Source of the DNA: Trichoplax sp. H2
Taxonomy: Eukaryota
NCBI GenBank assembly: GCA_003344405.1
Contig: NOWV01000002.1
Location: forward strand, 124,001 to 188,000
Length of the DNA stretch: 64,000 nt
Direction of reading: 5' to 3'
Shown here: positions 1 to 20,300 of the stretch, piece after piece
How positions within the stretch are numbered: the first letter of the stretch is position 1
Layout: each line of letters begins with the position of its first letter
Made by a program: the position numbers and the translations under genes
Notes under the pieces: model-generated
What the model saw: the letters and a program-made list of their open reading frames with translations, nothing else
Told to the model about the DNA's origin: nothing
Databases searched by the model: none

Positions 1-7515
<7,515 letters not shown>

Positions 7516-9562
7516 AAGTGAAGAAAATATCTTTGCTTATTGATCAAAAGTTATGATTTACCCCTAATAATTATTTATAATTTTAGCATGGATGAGAGAA
7601 TTAAACTGGGTAAGATTTTGTGACTACATGTGTACAATTTTTACTTTAACATGAACTTAGCCCATATTTTAGCTAATGCTAACTCTTGACCCAATTATTA
7701 TCATCATCGTATGTAATATGATATGCATTTTAGTTCAACGAATGTGTATGATACTTTTTAAGTAGGTAATAAAATATTAATCGTTTTAGCTAGTTTGTAA
7801 TGTTCAAATAGCGACTAATTTATTAATTCGTACAAAATACACTGATCGATATTCTAGAAGTATTTCATTGCTATTAGTTTCTTTTTGTATTGGTGTCTCA
7901 TTTTGGATATGCTAACTCGAAATTACGTAGATGATACTGTTAGCGTTTATTGTACAAACATACTGTATTTACGGTTTCTAACGTTGAATGAAACAAATTG
8001 TGCAGCAACCGATACCTATTTGATTTGCAGTTCGAAAAAGCGCCTTATTGTGCGATTTGTGTACCCTGTGGTACCGTAAGTGAGGGAATATCCCTCAATT
8101 AAAATTGTTTAATCTTCGACATTGGAATCTATTATTATTATTATTATTACTAGTCTGCTTATAATTATGTAACAGTTGTGTAGCATTCGCAATTTGCAAA
8201 CTGAAATGAAATCGACGTATTGGACAAAAACATGAAAACTGTTGATATAAATATTATGCCGTTATTGTGTCAAGTTGCTTGATGTAATTATTCTTAGTAT
8301 CTAATTTATTGGCTTATGAATGAAAGAAACCTTTGACTTTAATAAATAATCATAATAATAATAATTATAATGGTTAGTGTTTTAAAATTTATTCGTTATT
8401 TCATTTGAAAGTTGAGTGATATTTTGTATTTAAAGTGGGTCTGGCGTGCTAAAGTAGCACTTGACGCAATATTCGATTCAGGAAATATCATTCTTAGTAA
8501 AGGTATCATCATAGCTTCATCATATACATATCAATAAAACTTAATTCAAAATCGTCCTTCGATTACGATTTTTTACTCCTAAAAGTAAAATGCGGCTAAT
8601 TCAAGTATTAATTATCAGATTAATGCCACAAATTATTATTTAATATTTTAAAATATGTATACGGTCATTCACATGATGCTACCTAGAATAGCAAATGTTA
8701 CCAGCGTATTACAGTAAAAACTAATGAAGTTAAGGATTTGCATTCGCATATTTTTAACTAAGGCTAACGTGTTAGGATAGCTTTCACAGAAGAAATGGTG
8801 AATATTCTTGAAGTTTATTGTAGCACTTTATTTTAAAAACACTCCATGTCTACTCCAAGATAGTATAGTATAATGCAAGTATATTAATAAATAAATGACA
8901 TAAAAAGTGCAATCAAAATTTTACGTTTTATTTGTCCTTTAGTCCTATTTCATCTTACACAATATTAACATATTTGTCAATAGAGATAAAATAATTACAA
9001 AATCTATTATTCCAGATTTAGCTAGTTCTAAAAGGTCAAATATAAATACAAAAGGGTAAAGAAAATCTACTGAAAATAACTGTGATTCCAATGTAGGAAT
9101 TTCAATTAAATTTTGATTACTATTTATCTAAAATATCACAAACCTAATCCATAAGCCTACGGTCTTGCTTTCTCATCCAATTGCAATGTTTACGTACGAT
9201 AATTTTATGATAGATACAGTATAAAATGAGCTTCCACAATAGACAAATATGAAATAATAATGTCCGATATATTATAGGCTAAATACTGCAGTAGATAAAA
9301 AAATCACTTACTGGAACAAATTAAAATCACAGTTATCATAACAATTGTATTAGAAGCGTACAGTAAATAAAGTTTTTGCTATTATAAACAGCCTTAACAA
9401 CGACTACAAATATTACTATACGAACATCAATTAAGATCTTATTCTCTTACAAGTAATATTAATTTAGATTTAGCTTACTATTATCATAGAGATATTATCG
9501 TGGAATAGTAATGGACATATTACTTTAAAATAAAATACTTTAAATTAACCTAGACCATTGTA

Positions 9563-11242
9563 TTACATTGGACCCATTCTCGAATAAATTTGAGGAGCAG
9601 ATGTGCAAAGGCCACCACTGTAACGTTGCATATCGTAGATATCACGATAACTATTAGAATGATTTTGTGTCTGATTAGTACTTCCTGTAGCAACAGCTGG
9701 TGATTGCCAATATGATGGTATAAGATGTTGTTGTTGTTGCTGCTGTTGTTGTGATTGCTGTTGTTGTTGCGATTCATCATGCTTGGTTACAACTGGATTT
9801 GTATTATGAGCTTCGAGAAATTGGCCGGAAACAGCAGCTGGAGCAGTACAAAGTTGTCCAGGTGATACGACAGCAATACCGCTTGGATAGGATAAAGTGC
9901 CAGCTGTATAATAATGATTGCCAGTTCCACCAGGCCATTTATTGACGGGGTAATCAACAAAGGGATAATTAACAATTCTTTGCATGTTATTTTTACCACT
10001 AGCAGTATTGGGGCTTGATCTGGCTGAATTTGATGATCCCAAAGTTCCTACTGAAGCACTACCTGTTGAATTGATATCGGCAACCGAAGTATGCGGTATA
10101 CTGCTATTCTCATGGCTCGATTGATCATGGCCGTCGTTCTCAATTTTACATTTACTTGGATGATCTTTTTGATTAATTAATGATGTTAGGGTGTGATGCG
10201 ATTGGTCGTGGAGTGTTGATGGTAGTGGAGACGATGACTGATTAACATCATTATTGACTGCTGTTGTTTCACCTATTTCAGCTTTAGGCAAACTTCGTGT
10301 AGAAGATGATGAAGAAGATGGTTGAACATCTAATAATTTACTATTACTATCATGATGATTCTTATCCGATACTTTACCTTTATGATCGCTTGCTAAACAA
10401 TCATTTGATAATTTATTATTGACGTCTTGCTGTTGTTGCTGATGGTGGTGTTGATGATGCTGATGATGATATGATTGCTGCTGTAGTTCGCTACTGCTAT
10501 TGTTAGTATTGCTAGTGCTGCTACTTGAAGAATTTCTCTTGAAACGTTTACGTCGCCGTAGAAAACTTCCATTTTCAAACATATTTTCACTATCTGGATG
10601 CAATGTCCAGTAGTTGCCCTTTTTCGGTCGCTTTTCACCTTCTTCACGTGGTACCTTAACAAAGCATTCATTTAAGCTTAAATTATGCCTAATACTATTT
10701 TGCCATCCTTGCTTATTTTGTCTGTAGTAAGGAAAATGGTCCATGATAAATTGATAAATACCATTTAAGGTAATTTTGCGATCATGCTTGCTCTTAATAG
10801 CCATAGCAATTAATGCAATATAGGAATAAGCTGGTTTAACTGCATTATCTTTAGTCGTGCTAGGTGCAGCAATAGCAGTTCCAGTAGCAGGGTTAGTCAT
10901 TGCTGTTGAATAGCGTTGGCTAACAGCACCAGGAGTTGAATAAAATTGCGCTCCAGTATGACTTGACATTAAAGAAACTGAATGGTCCTTAGCAGCAACG
11001 GCAACAGGTACCGCAGCAACATTAGGATATTGATCGCCGCTAGCATGTGATGGCATCATCTGTAACGAAAGATGTGGTGGAGCAATCGTCGGATAAGGAT
11101 GGCCAGCTCTATAAACTTCATAACTACTGTAATTATTATCAGGAGCATACACGGAATGTGTAGTGCCAGGATGTGGCGTAATTAAATCGTTGGTAGGTGT
11201 TAAATTCTTTTGACCATTGGCATTATAGGCATTCATATCCAT
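9563..11242 (-). CDS. FoxC: Forkhead box transcription factor, FoxC class (559 aa, intronless CDS)
   Basis: Forkhead domain at about 10536-10840: [19 protein letters not shown]...[44 protein letters not shown]...[45 protein letters not shown] and [15 protein letters not shown] fit FoxC; FoxL1 has MFENGNYRRRKRK instead. Confidence 0.92.
   Translation of the reverse strand: MDMNAYNANGQKNLTPTNDLITPHPGTTHSVYAPDNNYSSYEVYRAGHPYPTIAPPHLSLQMMPSHASGDQYPNVAAVPVAVAAKDHSVSLMSSHTGAQFYSTPGAVSQRYSTAMTNPATGTAIAAPSTTKDNAVKPAYSYIALIAMAIKSKHDRKITLNGIYQFIMDHFPYYRQNKQGWQNSIRHNLSLNECFVKVPREEGEKRPKKGNYWTLHPDSENMFENGSFLRRRKRFKRNSSSSSTSNTNNSSSELQQQSYHHQHHQHHHQQQQQDVNNKLSNDCLASDHKGKVSDKNHHDSNSKLLDVQPSSSSSSTRSLPKAEIGETTAVNNDVNQSSSPLPSTLHDQSHHTLTSLINQKDHPSKCKIENDGHDQSSHENSSIPHTSVADINSTGSASVGTLGSSNSARSSPNTASGKNNMQRIVNYPFVDYPVNKWPGGTGNHYYTAGTLSYPSGIAVVSPGQLCTAPAAVSGQFLEAHNTNPVVTKHDESQQQQQSQQQQQQQQHLIPSYWQSPAVATGSTNQTQNHSNSYRDIYDMQRYSGGLCTSAPQIYSRMGPM
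9728..9769 (-). repeat. CAA/CAG polyglutamine tract in FoxC (Q5-S-Q8)
   Basis: ttg/ctg triplet run on the + strand. Further poly-Q/H/S tracts lie at about 10300-10530. Confidence 0.9.
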
Positions 11243-11280
11243 ACAAGCGCAAATCTTTCAATATTAATAAAAGATGGTTA

Positions 11281-11320
11281 CTGTATAGAAACAAACGAAA
11301 AAAAAAATAAAATAAAATTA
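11281..11320 (-). promoter_or_regulatory. Probable 3' splice site of a FoxC 5'-UTR intron
   Basis: The minus strand reads a long T-rich tract ending TTCGTTTGTTTCTATACAG, 38 nt upstream of the FoxC ATG. In-frame TAA and TGA lie between the acceptor and the ATG. Confidence 0.55.
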
Positions 11321-14300
11321 AGACAGTAATCAGATTAAAATGAAGTGGGTAATTGCTATGTTACTATTGGGATAACTAATGGTTAGTTGATCTACTCAAT
11401 ATTACCGTCTGAAATCGATTCCATCAAGAAAGCAAAAAAAGATTGTCATAATCTTAAAAACTTGTTATCAGTTTAGATGCGTAATTCTTTAAACATACTA
11501 TCATTGATCAGCACGAATTGTAATATATCTATGCCATCAGCTAATCGAGCTAGATGAAGTGTCTGTTAATACCACTAGAATCATTGGATCATATTCAAAA
11601 GATTAGAAATACTCAGCACTTTTCATCCATATCAATTAGCTTTTCGATGTACTTATACATATGGTATTATATGGTAATAAGTACATACTGAGATGACAGT
11701 CATAAAATTAGTTGATTTTATCATCAATATTTAATTATCCTAAATTTCAATTTATGTACTATATGCAAAATGTTATACTATTTTCAGTACGATTAAAATA
11801 TCGGCTAATTGTGGTAAAACTGCAGTAAAAATTTTAATATTCCTACGGTATATAGTCTACCTATGAGGCGCTTCCGATATACTGTAGTTTAATATAATAT
11901 AGTAGCTTTCTATAATCATTATTTAATCATCAGAATTTAGGTCAGTATGATCTATCTACAGTACATTTTCAATGAAATTTAGTGTAATAGCCTTCTAGAA
12001 CAGTTAATGTTGAGAAAACGCTCAATTGCAGTTTAATTTCAAATTTTTAACACTGTATATTCCATTTATAATAACTCTTCTACTGACTCTAAAAAAGATA
12101 AAAGATAATTAATTTACAGTAAAGATAGCCAGGAATTTCTGTCAATTACTACAGTAATCATCTTGTTTAGTAGTGGAACTATTAATCCACTATGACTTTC
12201 ACCTTTAAAGCGAATTACTGAATATCATGACTCATCTATTCTTCTTCACTCTTAATGTTACTATTAAATTTTGAATTGAAAAACTTAATTATTCAGTATT
12301 TCGGTATCGACTAACGTACTCAATTGTTAAGGTTACAACGCTACTATTTTATAAATGTACTCGGTAAATGAGCTTAAAGGGATCATTTTCAGTTTTGCAG
12401 GTATAGTAATCATAATTAATTAGTCAATTAGAGTAGCCTTTGATCGTATATTAAATGAACAATGCTACTAATTGTTAAAAAATATGTCGATAAAAATTAG
12501 CTATTTAATTTAAACTTTTCTAATTGTATATACAAATTATCGCAATATCTACCGTAAATCAAAACAGTTGTCGCTCACATTTAGACATGATTAAATTCAC
12601 CAGCCACTTGGAAGGGACTAGAATATAAATTCATTTTTTTTCGCTCTACTTTTTCCAACTGTAACGCATTTTTAGGCGCAAATTTCCACTTTTACCGTCA
12701 ACCAAGTAACGTACAATAACTCAGCGATCACTAGAAGTAACAATTTGAACTTTGATATGACGATGTACTACGGTATGACCAATATGTTTGGTAAATAATT
12801 ATTTCAATCTCACGTTATAGATCTAGCGGCAGAAAATTAAAGTGACCCTTGAAAAATTAAATACAATGATACCTAGCTTAAGTAATGCTAGGATTATTAT
12901 TAACAATTAATTATCACTACTACCGGGATTTCAACGTGACTACAATAAAGTTTATGTTAAGACCTTCCTGTAGGTGTATTCTACGAAGTCCTATAACTTC
13001 TACATCATCAAGTTATAAATAAACTTCTAGGTACACAATTTATTGGCTACCTATTAGCAAATTGTCTTGAATGAAATAAAGAATTTAATTATAAAGTAGA
13101 CAATTGAATATATTTGCAATTATCATCAATATTGATTGTCTTGATTAATCGATTTGGTATTGCAGCAATATTGAAAATAAAAATGGTCAATAATTTCAAT
13201 GATAATAATAATTGTCAATATGAGTGAATATTATCAACTTATTAAGTTATTTTACTAGAGATTATCGTTGATATACAATTGTTATTCTGTAGCAAAAGAT
13301 ATACCTGAATTACATGTATAAGGAGAAAAAATAAAACATGCTTTTTTGAGTAGAATAAAAACATTCTCAATTCAACGTTGTTATAATGTCAATGTTGTTG
13401 GATACCGTATAATTAATATTTTGAATCATACTTACATTCAATGAGAACAATTACAAGAGATGAAACGATTTGATGGCTTTCAAGATAGAGAATATTCAAC
13501 TTCAGCCGTATATGTTATCGAATAAGTGAAGTGATCCAAGCTATAGCGATCGTTGAAATAGACTTTTATTAATAGAGGGTGATTTAATAATCTACAGCGA
13601 TGTCACAAACTGGCTAGATTATTGACTGAAAAAAAATCAATTGATTTTTAAATATATGACTATATACGACTTTAATTTTTAACTTAATATTGGCCTGTAG
13701 AAGCAGGTGGTAAAATTGTTTATTTTTATTACCCTTGAATGACTTCACCTCAAGCAGATATGTCAAAAATAGGATCGGACACGAAGAGATTTCGTCATCA
13801 TCATCCACGGGGGGCCTAGTCTTCAAGACTTGGCGCTGACGTAAATACAGCCTAAATAAATAAAATCGGAAATCACGATTAGATGGGCAAGAGAATAAAA
13901 ATGGTTACCAACAAGCATTAGATTACAAGCCTTCCATAGATGTGCTGGGAATTGATGTTAAAAGATCTTAATAACGATATCAGTCCTATACACTCATGAA
14001 TCCTTTGGCCATGATTTCCTATTCTATATAAGCGGAAATTTTACGCTGATTTATATTGCTGGCTGAGAATTAGACTATTGAATATTTCTATAATCATAAT
14101 TAGAACATCACTTGTTCCGTAAAATATTATTATAACCAATACATAGATAGTCGATAATACCGTACTAGTAGCAAAATTTTTCAAGTCTACTGTAGATTGC
14201 TATTAGAAACAGTATTTCGTTAATAAATTTAATACCCGATTTTATAGTATTTATATACCGCCTTCATAACCATTACTGTACCCTACTTCTATACTAGATC

Positions 14301-17300
14301 TAATTACTGTGATAAAAGGCTGTAGCCTATTAAATTAGGTACGGTAATGACTAATCGTCTGCTAGGCTACTGAAAAATAAAGCAAATACATAAAACGTGA
14401 TGTATACATGGTGTCTGGTAACAACTCGGCTGATCATTAGTTGTTACAGTGATGTATGTTATTGTAGTCATCACTAGCTGAAATATTCTTCATGATGATG
14501 TATAGGAACAATTTCAGGAAATAATAACAGCATGACAGTCATAAGTTAACTGCATGATTTATTTTAACTAGTATCGTACAGACAACTTTAGACTTCCCCT
14601 CATTAAGGCATGACTCATTACCGGTATTCAATTGAATTCTAATCACAGTACTCCTACCTTCCCGTTTTCTGATCCTTGATTAACCGCTAGTAGAATTCTA
14701 TCATCTCTATCGGCTAAGAAATAGAGAAATAATTCATTATGACTACTGCAATGATTTCATTCTATGCGGACTGAATAGTAATGCTAAACGAAAGAAACTA
14801 CGTGTATAGACTCAAGTTAAACTTGGATTTATGACATTATCCAATATTCAATTGATCTATGCATATTCATTTTATTACGTCATGTTAACTAAGTTTCTAA
14901 TTGCTACCAGTTATATCATAATGCCATTGATCAAATAGATACCTTTGCATCTCTATCTGCCTTAAAATGGCTAGGATCTGAAGTTCAAAATACGAGGCAT
15001 CTATCCTAGTTGAAAGTAATGTATATGCCCTCTTATGGTCAAAAGACAAATACGTAGACTTTAATCTTAAAATACTGTAAAACGCGCTTTATCCATGAGC
15101 AATTCCATTTTAATGAATCTCTCGCTCATACCTGCATAATATTGATGTCGCTGATCCATTTAGCTGAGAGTAATGGCAATCTCCCATTGTACGTAAAATA
15201 AGGAAGTTTTTAGGCGTTAACTTTAAAATGAAAATCGCCTAAACTATCATTGATCCCATTTTAACAAGTAATTCTTCTGTACTTATAATATGCAGTCTTG
15301 ATTGTCATAGTCTTCAAATTAAGCGTTGATGGGCTTAATAAGCAGGATATTGATCTCTAATAGTATAATCAATCCTATTGACAGATTCTAACTCAAGTTC
15401 GTATCGGCAATCATCTGAAGCATGGACTAGTAGGTGCTGATACAATATTTAATCGTTCATGTCTTAAGCAGTGAGCATAATTCTATCTACTTAAATTTTA
15501 ACCATATTTTCTGCAAAGTGGTGTAAGTATACCATAATCATCTAGCGATATATGTGCAATAGATTTCATAACATTGAAGTCAAAATAAATGACAAGGGTT
15601 GTTTTTGAGTCAGCTTTTCACCTATTTCTGATCATGGGCGTCAATTTAATTCAGTAATGATGTAATTAATTTCTGAAAGAAATCAAATTTTGATCATATT
15701 TTCTACATCGCACTGCGAGTATATAATATAATTAGCTAGCCATATTACGTAATTCATAGCTTTCATAAATTTTTAGCATAAAAAAATTTACAAGTGTTGG
15801 ACACAGTTTTCAAATAGTTGTGATTATGGGTGTTAATTTATTTTCATAATTATGTAATGAATACTTGAAAGATATTTGCCATTCTGCAATAAATTATTAA
15901 ACTAAATCCCTGCCCCATAATATTGTATAGGCCATATGGCTATCCATTCATACCCATCTCTGAATAGACATGTAGAGCCATTTAATTATGATCACGTCAT
16001 TAATACTTATACGTACAGTAGCTGCAATCTTTGCATCATGCTTTGGCAAACAGCCCTGCTAATTATAACAGTCTTGAAGTATTCAATGAGTCTGCATGCT
16101 AATAAATCGTAGTAATCAAGTTATGCACTGCAGCAGCTATCGTTATGAAGTTCTAAAATCATCCAACGCAGTAGAATCAATTTTACATTCCTGATACCTA
16201 ATCGAATCGTACATTATCTACCACCGTCGATATACGTCGCAAATGGACCGATTTATCCTCATACATGATACCTAAAGAAGTACAGATATTTATTATCTTC
16301 TGTCTGAGCTAATAAATACAGTATAAGAGCTTATAAATTTTACTGTAACCGTACCTCTTATAAGTGTATTTGTAGCAAAGACTTAAAAATATTCCGACCG
16401 ACTGGTTAAGGTTTAGACTATTATACCCTTACAAAATCAACTCCTCAGTGACCTCTATAGCCAATAGAACTAGAGTCTGCAATCTAATTGATGGCCTTGT
16501 CAAAAAAGATACCTACATTCATTAAAAAAGAATATTATGTACATGCTTGTTGCATAAACAGTATTTTACCATTTATCATGTACTCTAGCTGCATAAACCT
16601 GTTGAAAGCAATACTATAGCGCATATTGATGTTATCAAAACATCAAGATTAACTTCTAAATCTCAGCTATAAAGAACATTCATCATGCACATAAGTGATG
16701 TTTTGCTGTTTTTCATTCATAATGTGCGTAAATTAAATATTTAATTGAATTATCAAGTTTATGTCTGACTAAAATCATTTACTCTTCAATTTATTCTATG
16801 CCGAAAGATTCTCAGATACGGCACACATTGGTTGCCTAGTATATACGCGCACAGATAACTCCTTATAATTTTTTATTTAAATTTCTAGCAGTAAAAGTGC
16901 TAAAATGCTGTAGTTCATAATACAACAATTAGAAAAATAAAATGATTTTACATAGTCTCGATATCCAGCAGGCATCATGATCTTTAGTAAGTTAGACCCT
17001 TGTCAATATTTATAGCCCCTCCAAAATATTTGAGAAGGCTTACTTTAATTTCGTTCTTCTACTGTAACCAATACTATCATTACTTTTTAGGCAGTTTGAT
17101 ATCAAGCGAGCCTAAAATTTACAATATGAAATACAGTCGTTGGACCTACTGCTAAAGGTCTAAAGCATGCATGATACAATTGCAAGATAATTAATTCTTC
17201 AGTTTACAGTTAATGTCATCCATAGAGATTCCTAACGGGAATATAACACGGTAATTGAATTACAGCATCAGAAATCTATTCAAAATTTTTAAATACTGTC

Positions 17301-20300
17301 TACCCAGGGAAAAGCTATTAGTCATTGCGATAGTAAAAATCATTCTTTCCTAAGCTTGCCAGATATTAATGGAAATGCATAAATATCAGGTTCAAGGTTC
17401 TTTTTGATTCCGACTCGCAATATGCGTACCCGCAAACAAGTCTTATGCAATTACTTAAAAACGTAAAAAAATTGAAAAACGGAAATGTCATTACTATAAA
17501 TAAAATTGTAAAGTTTCTATTTTAATAAATAATAAATGTAGTTATCATATTATTAGAAATATCAAAATAGCTCAATCTGCAGGATATACGCCTTCATACC
17601 GTATAGGTGGCATTTATGAGAAAATAAATACAAAATAGATATATACCCTTTACTATTAGTTGTTGATTGTATTAGGATGCAATAGCAGCAGCATTTCAAG
17701 AGAGTTTCCTGTTGCATGGGCGTAACTCATGGGCACTGAGTAAGTAAGTTAACTCATTGCAGACGAAACAAAGTAAATTAGATCCCAATACCAGGCGTCA
17801 ATAATTATAATCCATATATATATATATAGCATAGGTCGTAATAATTTTTAGAGACAACAAACATCAACCCATAGAGAAAATCTCAATTGAAGACTGAAAT
17901 ATTTTTTATAATAAGTACGAAATAACTATGAACATATTTCAGTCTTTCATAATAAATTTTGAATATTAATAGAAAAAGTAGTGATAAAAAATAAAGAAAT
18001 ACCCATTTCTCCTATTCATTCCAAGGATAAAACGATAGGCTTTCAACGATAATAAATTATGGATAGCAGTTATAATGATTAACTGTATAGCCATTAAATA
18101 GATTTATTATACTTTAATTATTTTAAAATAACATCCATTTAAATTAATGGGAAACGTATAAGAAAAAAAATATTTATGTATAGAGGCATAATCATTCAAT
18201 AGCATCATTCTTCAATAAATTATTACATTAGATCAGAATACTACTTTGATGGCCTCATATTTTCTATATATCTAACGCGAGCAGAAGTTAAAAATATGGA
18301 CTAGAGTTCTTCTTTAAAATCTTTTTTGAATCTAAGACAAGTTGGAAACACAGTTTGATTCTATGCATTTGAAATATGCTTTAACAAATAGCAATAAGAG
18401 AAGTTTTTTTAGCTTTACTAAATCCACAGGTTGCAGACTACAGTAAGTTGATAGTTATTTTTATACGATAGCGAGTTCATTTGTTACCTTATCCATAACT
18501 TGGTAGAACGCTAAAGTTTACATGAAATTTTAGGCATTTATTGAGTAATCCTTGTACTGTATAACTAAATATATTCACTGCATCTAGAAGTCAATGCAGT
18601 TATACCATTTACAAATTAGCTTATAATTCTATGGTTTAATCTTCTTACACTTATGATAGTTATACACGCATCTGATAGAGATTTTGCCTTCCAGTTTTTA
18701 TAAATATTATCTGTCAGATTGGACCGCAACAGAATACTAATTAACTTAAACTATCATTTTCTAGAAGTAATCATTTAATTAGGATGAGTCAGAGAGGTTG
18801 GGCAAGCAAGGAACTATTTGAGTGGCCATTTTGAAATTTGCATACCTTATACCTGTCTTCTAGCTTATGTCATACATATGATAACCACGGTATATAGTCG
18901 ATATCAGGAAAACTAGTAGAGGTCTTTCCATCTTTGAATCTTATTAATAGTATTGAATTGCATTACATAGAAATATAATCTTACGATAGTAACTCCGGAA
19001 AGTCTACAGTTGGAATATTTAAATATTGCCTGGTTTAGGCGGGAAGAAATATGAGCTCTTAAGAACATGAATGAAAATATTTATTGTATGACATAACGAT
19101 CGTTATGTTCCTCTGTTGTGTGCTAATATATAGCAAATGTGATATACATTAATACGCTATGAATTCCTAAACTTTTCTATTTATTATATAAATAGAGTTT
19201 AGCTCTAATGGTTCATGATCGTACTGATAATAAATTTGTATTTGTCACATCCATCTAGAGGATCAGGTATTAACAATGATGATACCTAATATTGTTTATA
19301 AACTCAACCCTCGCAGAAAGGCTAATACTGTAGCCGTTTTCCCTGACAAATTCTAGGATATATCGTACTTGGTAAACGCTTACCACCTTCAATTGAATAA
19401 AAATTATGTATTCATCGATTGCTGCATGGTCTATATCAGCAAGGAAAATGAAATAGGCAAATTTTAAACCATCAAGATATTCGTACGCGTATATTTAAAT
19501 TAGGTCGGTCTCTGTCGGGTAAGAATAATCGAGACATTTATGTCATATTAAAATATTTTTTATCGCTCAATTGAACATCGAGAATTAGTAGACTTAATAA
19601 ATACCAGCATAATGGCCAATATTGCTTATTAATGCACTCTGTGTTGGACTATCATAACAAATCGGTAGTCTTATTGCTTAACTTTTCTAATTAAGTAGGT
19701 GGTCGGGAAGGATCGCTGATTTAAATATATTTGCTTATCCATATTTTATCCTGAATTCTTATCCTGAATTAACAGCTCTCGCTCGGTCCTCATATAACAC
19801 ACCTTAACAGACAAATATCTAAATTCATAGCGACTGGATAATCTGTAAAGCCGAACATGACTAGTTATACCTTGCAAATACTCTATCACACACGGCTGGA
19901 TGCTATGCAATTACTGTCAAATCAGTAACGTATAAAATGCTCCATAGATATAGAAAGATTACAACATCATCATTGCAGCGACATCTTAATATCGTAATAA
20001 AAGTTATTATGACATTCCAGTAAAATTATTGTTAATGAGAAATAATCAATAATGTCTTAATAATTTTTTCCCCGCATGCTTTACATAATCATGATTACTG
20101 ATGTTGCTGTTGCCTTTAAAGCATTAGAATCAATATAAATATGACCTTTAGGAATAATAGATTGAGAAAGGACTTTGAAATTTAACCATGAAGAATCTAT
20201 TATTATTATAAAAATAAATAAAATGAATGCCTTTTTATTTCCGATAAATATTGATTTAATAGGTATTTTTACTGGAGCTATTTCAGGCCACTAAAACAAT

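Noticed and set aside
7587..7609. Possible extra CHD micro-exon (AG-CATGGATGAGAGAATTAAACTGG-GTAAG)
   Set aside because: It lies after the in-frame stop at 7515, no convincing donor bypasses the stop, and no downstream coding exon was found.
9550..10671. ORFs overlapping FoxC in other frames or the opposite strand
   Set aside because: Shadows of the low-complexity FoxC coding sequence.
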